From Kordiimonas sp. (GTDB lineage Bacteria > Pseudomonadota > Alphaproteobacteria > Sphingomonadales > Emcibacteraceae): 64,000 nt of DNA. The translations under genes were made by a program, and so were the position numbers. The DNA is taken from positions 268,591-332,590 of the forward strand of contig PADB01000010.1 of the NCBI GenBank assembly GCA_002700365.1, written 5' to 3'. Shown here in pieces: positions 61,961-64,000 of this stretch (position 1 is its first letter; every line of letters starts with the position of its first letter). The notes below the pieces were generated by a model that worked only from the letters and a program-made list of their open reading frames with translations, was not told where the DNA came from and ran no database searches.

Positions 61961-63601
61961 TTAGAACAGCGAACCCTGATCTTTCTGATGGTTTTTGTTT
62001 GGTGTTTTTTTGCTCTTGGCCGCCCTTCCGGTTTGTGCAGATGACGATCTCACCTGTCCAGAACCTTCAACCCGTCCCTGCCGCTTTCCATCCGCAAACT
62101 CAACAGTAAAGGCATCTCCCGTTGCTAACCCTTTAGCCCGCGTAATCGGCTGCCCTTCTTCATCATGGACCAAGGCATACCCACGATTGAGAACATTTTT
62201 ATAACTTAAGCTTTCAAGCAACCTCGCTGGGCCAGCCAGGGCCGCTTGGGCAGCTTCCAATTGACGTGGACCGCATCGGCGCAGACGCGTTTTAAGCCGT
62301 ATAATCTGGTCCGTAAGCCCTGTTTCAATACGCTGAAGTTGTGAACGCTGTACGCGCGAGGCAATGCTATCATAGCGCTGCACGCCATCACGTAAAATCA
62401 TTCTCAACCCGCTTTGATAGCGGATAGTATTGTTTTGCAGTCTTTGCTGTAATGTGTCCGCTTGTCTTTTTAACTGGCGCGGGGTCAAACGCACGTTCAG
62501 GCCTTGAAAACGACTTTCATGAACCTGCAGCCCCACCGCCAGAGAGCGCGGCAGTCTATCCGATAAATCATCAAATTTCTGTGTTGGTAGCCCCAGTAAA
62601 TCCCCTAACCGTGGCATTCCCCGATATAGACTTTTTAATTGCTGACTTTTTTCATCACCCTGCCGCGTGGCCGCACGACGCATACGACTGTTCAGGTCTT
62701 GTAGGGAATATAGTAAGTCTGCACGAACAGGGACGGCCTTTTCGGCCGCAGCGGTGGGCGTAGGTGCCCGTAAATCCGCCGCATAATCAATTAACGTGGT
62801 ATCGGTTTCATGCCCCACAGCAGAAATTAACGGAATTTCGCTGCTGGCCGCCGCCCTTACGACAATTTCTTCATTAAACGCCCATAAATCTTCTAACGAT
62901 CCACCTCCACGGGCCACAATCAACACATCCGGACGCGGTATATCACCACCATCCGAAAGGGCATTAAATCCTGCAATCGCCCCCGCTATTTGTTCGGCAG
63001 CCCCATCCCCCTGCACCATTACAGGCCACACCAGCACCCGACGGGGAAATCGTTCTTCCAAACGATGTAAAATATCCCTGATGACCGCGCCTGTTGGCGA
63101 TGTCACCACACCGATCACATCTGGCAAATACGGAATAGTCTTTTTGCGCTCCTCCGCAAAAAGCCCTTCTGCAGAAAGCTTCTTTTTACGTTCTTCCAGC
63201 AGGGCCATTAAAGCCCCGGCCCCGGCCGGGGCCATCTGTTCTATCACAATCTGGTATTTGGAACGCCCGGGATAGATGGTGAGCTTACCAGTGCAAACCA
63301 CCTCGAGACCATCTTCCGGGCGAAAGGATAGGCGTGTTGCTGCCCCCTTCCAAATCACCCCGTCAATGACAGCTTTATCATCTTTTAAAGTCAGATAGAC
63401 ATGACCAGAGGCCGCCCGTTTTAGTCCTGAAATTTCCCCGCGCAAGCGCACATGGCCAAAACGTTCCTCCACGGCACGTTTCAATGCCATGGATAATTCC
63501 GAAACGCTGAATTCCGGTGTATTACTACCCGGCTTTGAAGTGCCGGCGGAAGAAAAAAGATTCTCAGTCACGTCTTTTCTATATTCATTCATGCGGAGCA
63601 A
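61961..63601 (-). CDS. xseA: Exodeoxyribonuclease VII large subunit
   Basis: OB-fold N-terminus (VRLRGEISG), ARGGGSLEDLWAFN and GHETDTTL motifs. TTG start. Confidence 0.95.
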   Translation of the reverse strand: MLRMNEYRKDVTENLFSSAGTSKPGSNTPEFSVSELSMALKRAVEERFGHVRLRGEISGLKRAASGHVYLTLKDDKAVIDGVIWKGAATRLSFRPEDGLEVVCTGKLTIYPGRSKYQIVIEQMAPAGAGALMALLEERKKKLSAEGLFAEERKKTIPYLPDVIGVVTSPTGAVIRDILHRLEERFPRRVLVWPVMVQGDGAAEQIAGAIAGFNALSDGGDIPRPDVLIVARGGGSLEDLWAFNEEIVVRAAASSEIPLISAVGHETDTTLIDYAADLRAPTPTAAAEKAVPVRADLLYSLQDLNSRMRRAATRQGDEKSQQLKSLYRGMPRLGDLLGLPTQKFDDLSDRLPRSLAVGLQVHESRFQGLNVRLTPRQLKRQADTLQQRLQNNTIRYQSGLRMILRDGVQRYDSIASRVQRSQLQRIETGLTDQIIRLKTRLRRCGPRQLEAAQAALAGPARLLESLSYKNVLNRGYALVHDEEGQPITRAKGLATGDAFTVEFADGKRQGRVEGSGQVRSSSAQTGRAAKSKKTPNKNHQKDQGSLF

Positions 63602-63705
63602 GGATTAAAGCACCCCCACCGCTTGCTTTGCCGTGCAGCTATGCTATATCGAAGTCATGCATCAGCATTCAGTTATCAATCAAATACCAACAGAAGGCAA
63701 GTCTC

Positions 63706-64000
63706 ATGAATGTATTGATTATCGGCTCTGGCGGGCGTGAACACGCCCTGGCTTGGAAACTGGCAAATTCCGCTCTGGTCGATAATCTATACTATGCCCC
63801 GGGCAATGGCGGCATGCAGCAAATCGCCACATGTGTCTCGCTCAACACAGATCACCATGATGATGTTGTTGCTTTCTGCCGCGAACAAAAAGTCGGGTTT
63901 GTCATTGTCGGGCCGGAAGCCCCGCTTGTGGCCGGCCTGGTCGATCGTCTTGACCGTGAAGGTATTAAGGCCTTCGGCCCCAGTGCCAAAGCCGCCCAGC
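63706..64000 (+). CDS. purD: Phosphoribosylamine-glycine ligase; 3' end lies outside the window
   Basis: My own translation reads MNVLIIGSGGREHALAWKLANS...VIVGPEAPLVAGLVD, open to the window end. It is absent from the ORF track because it has no stop codon. Confidence 0.9.
   Translation, partial: MNVLIIGSGGREHALAWKLANSALVDNLYYAPGNGGMQQIATCVSLNTDHHDDVVAFCREQKVGFVIVGPEAPLVAGLVDRLDREGIKAFGPSAKAAQ

Overview
This is a gene-dense chromosomal core segment with about 62 protein genes. I saw no rRNA or tRNA genes, no CRISPR array, and no transposase, integrase or phage genes. Gene content and order are typical of a free-living alphaproteobacterium. The conserved blocks are: rnhB-ccrM, mutY, DUF721-dsbA-smc; the F0 operon atpI-B-E-F'-F; gcvT-H-PA-PB behind a tandem glycine riboswitch; ispH-thrB-rnhA; ctaC-D-B-(39-aa ORF)-G-E-DUF983-SURF1-thrC-M16 peptidase; tldD; plant-type gshA, rsmE, ubiA; hppA/ppa; ubiD; pmbA plus an IMPase-family gene; waaA; and M23-DUF2093-xseA/purD. 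I do not see a convincing novel multi-gene system; nothing looks defence-, toxin- or mobile-element-like. The best leads are small non-core insertions and regulatory DNA. (1) An isolated PEP-CTERM secreted protein gene is preceded by a near-consensus sigma-54 -24/-12 element and a perfect 27-bp palindrome, with a C14 homopolymer nearby. (2) A Crp/Fnr-family regulator has a perfect TGTGA-N6-TCACA site next to it, in the promoter region of an unknown 128-aa His/acid-rich protein, and sits beside a TrhP-like U32 enzyme carrying a Cys-rich C-terminal tail. (3) An orphan MBOAT plus SGNH-like O-acylation pair lies after the atp operon. (4) Four GANTC sites are clustered in front of ccrM. (5) An untracked 39-aa membrane ORF lies inside the cox cluster. 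All functional calls come from reading motifs in the supplied translations; no database search was possible.
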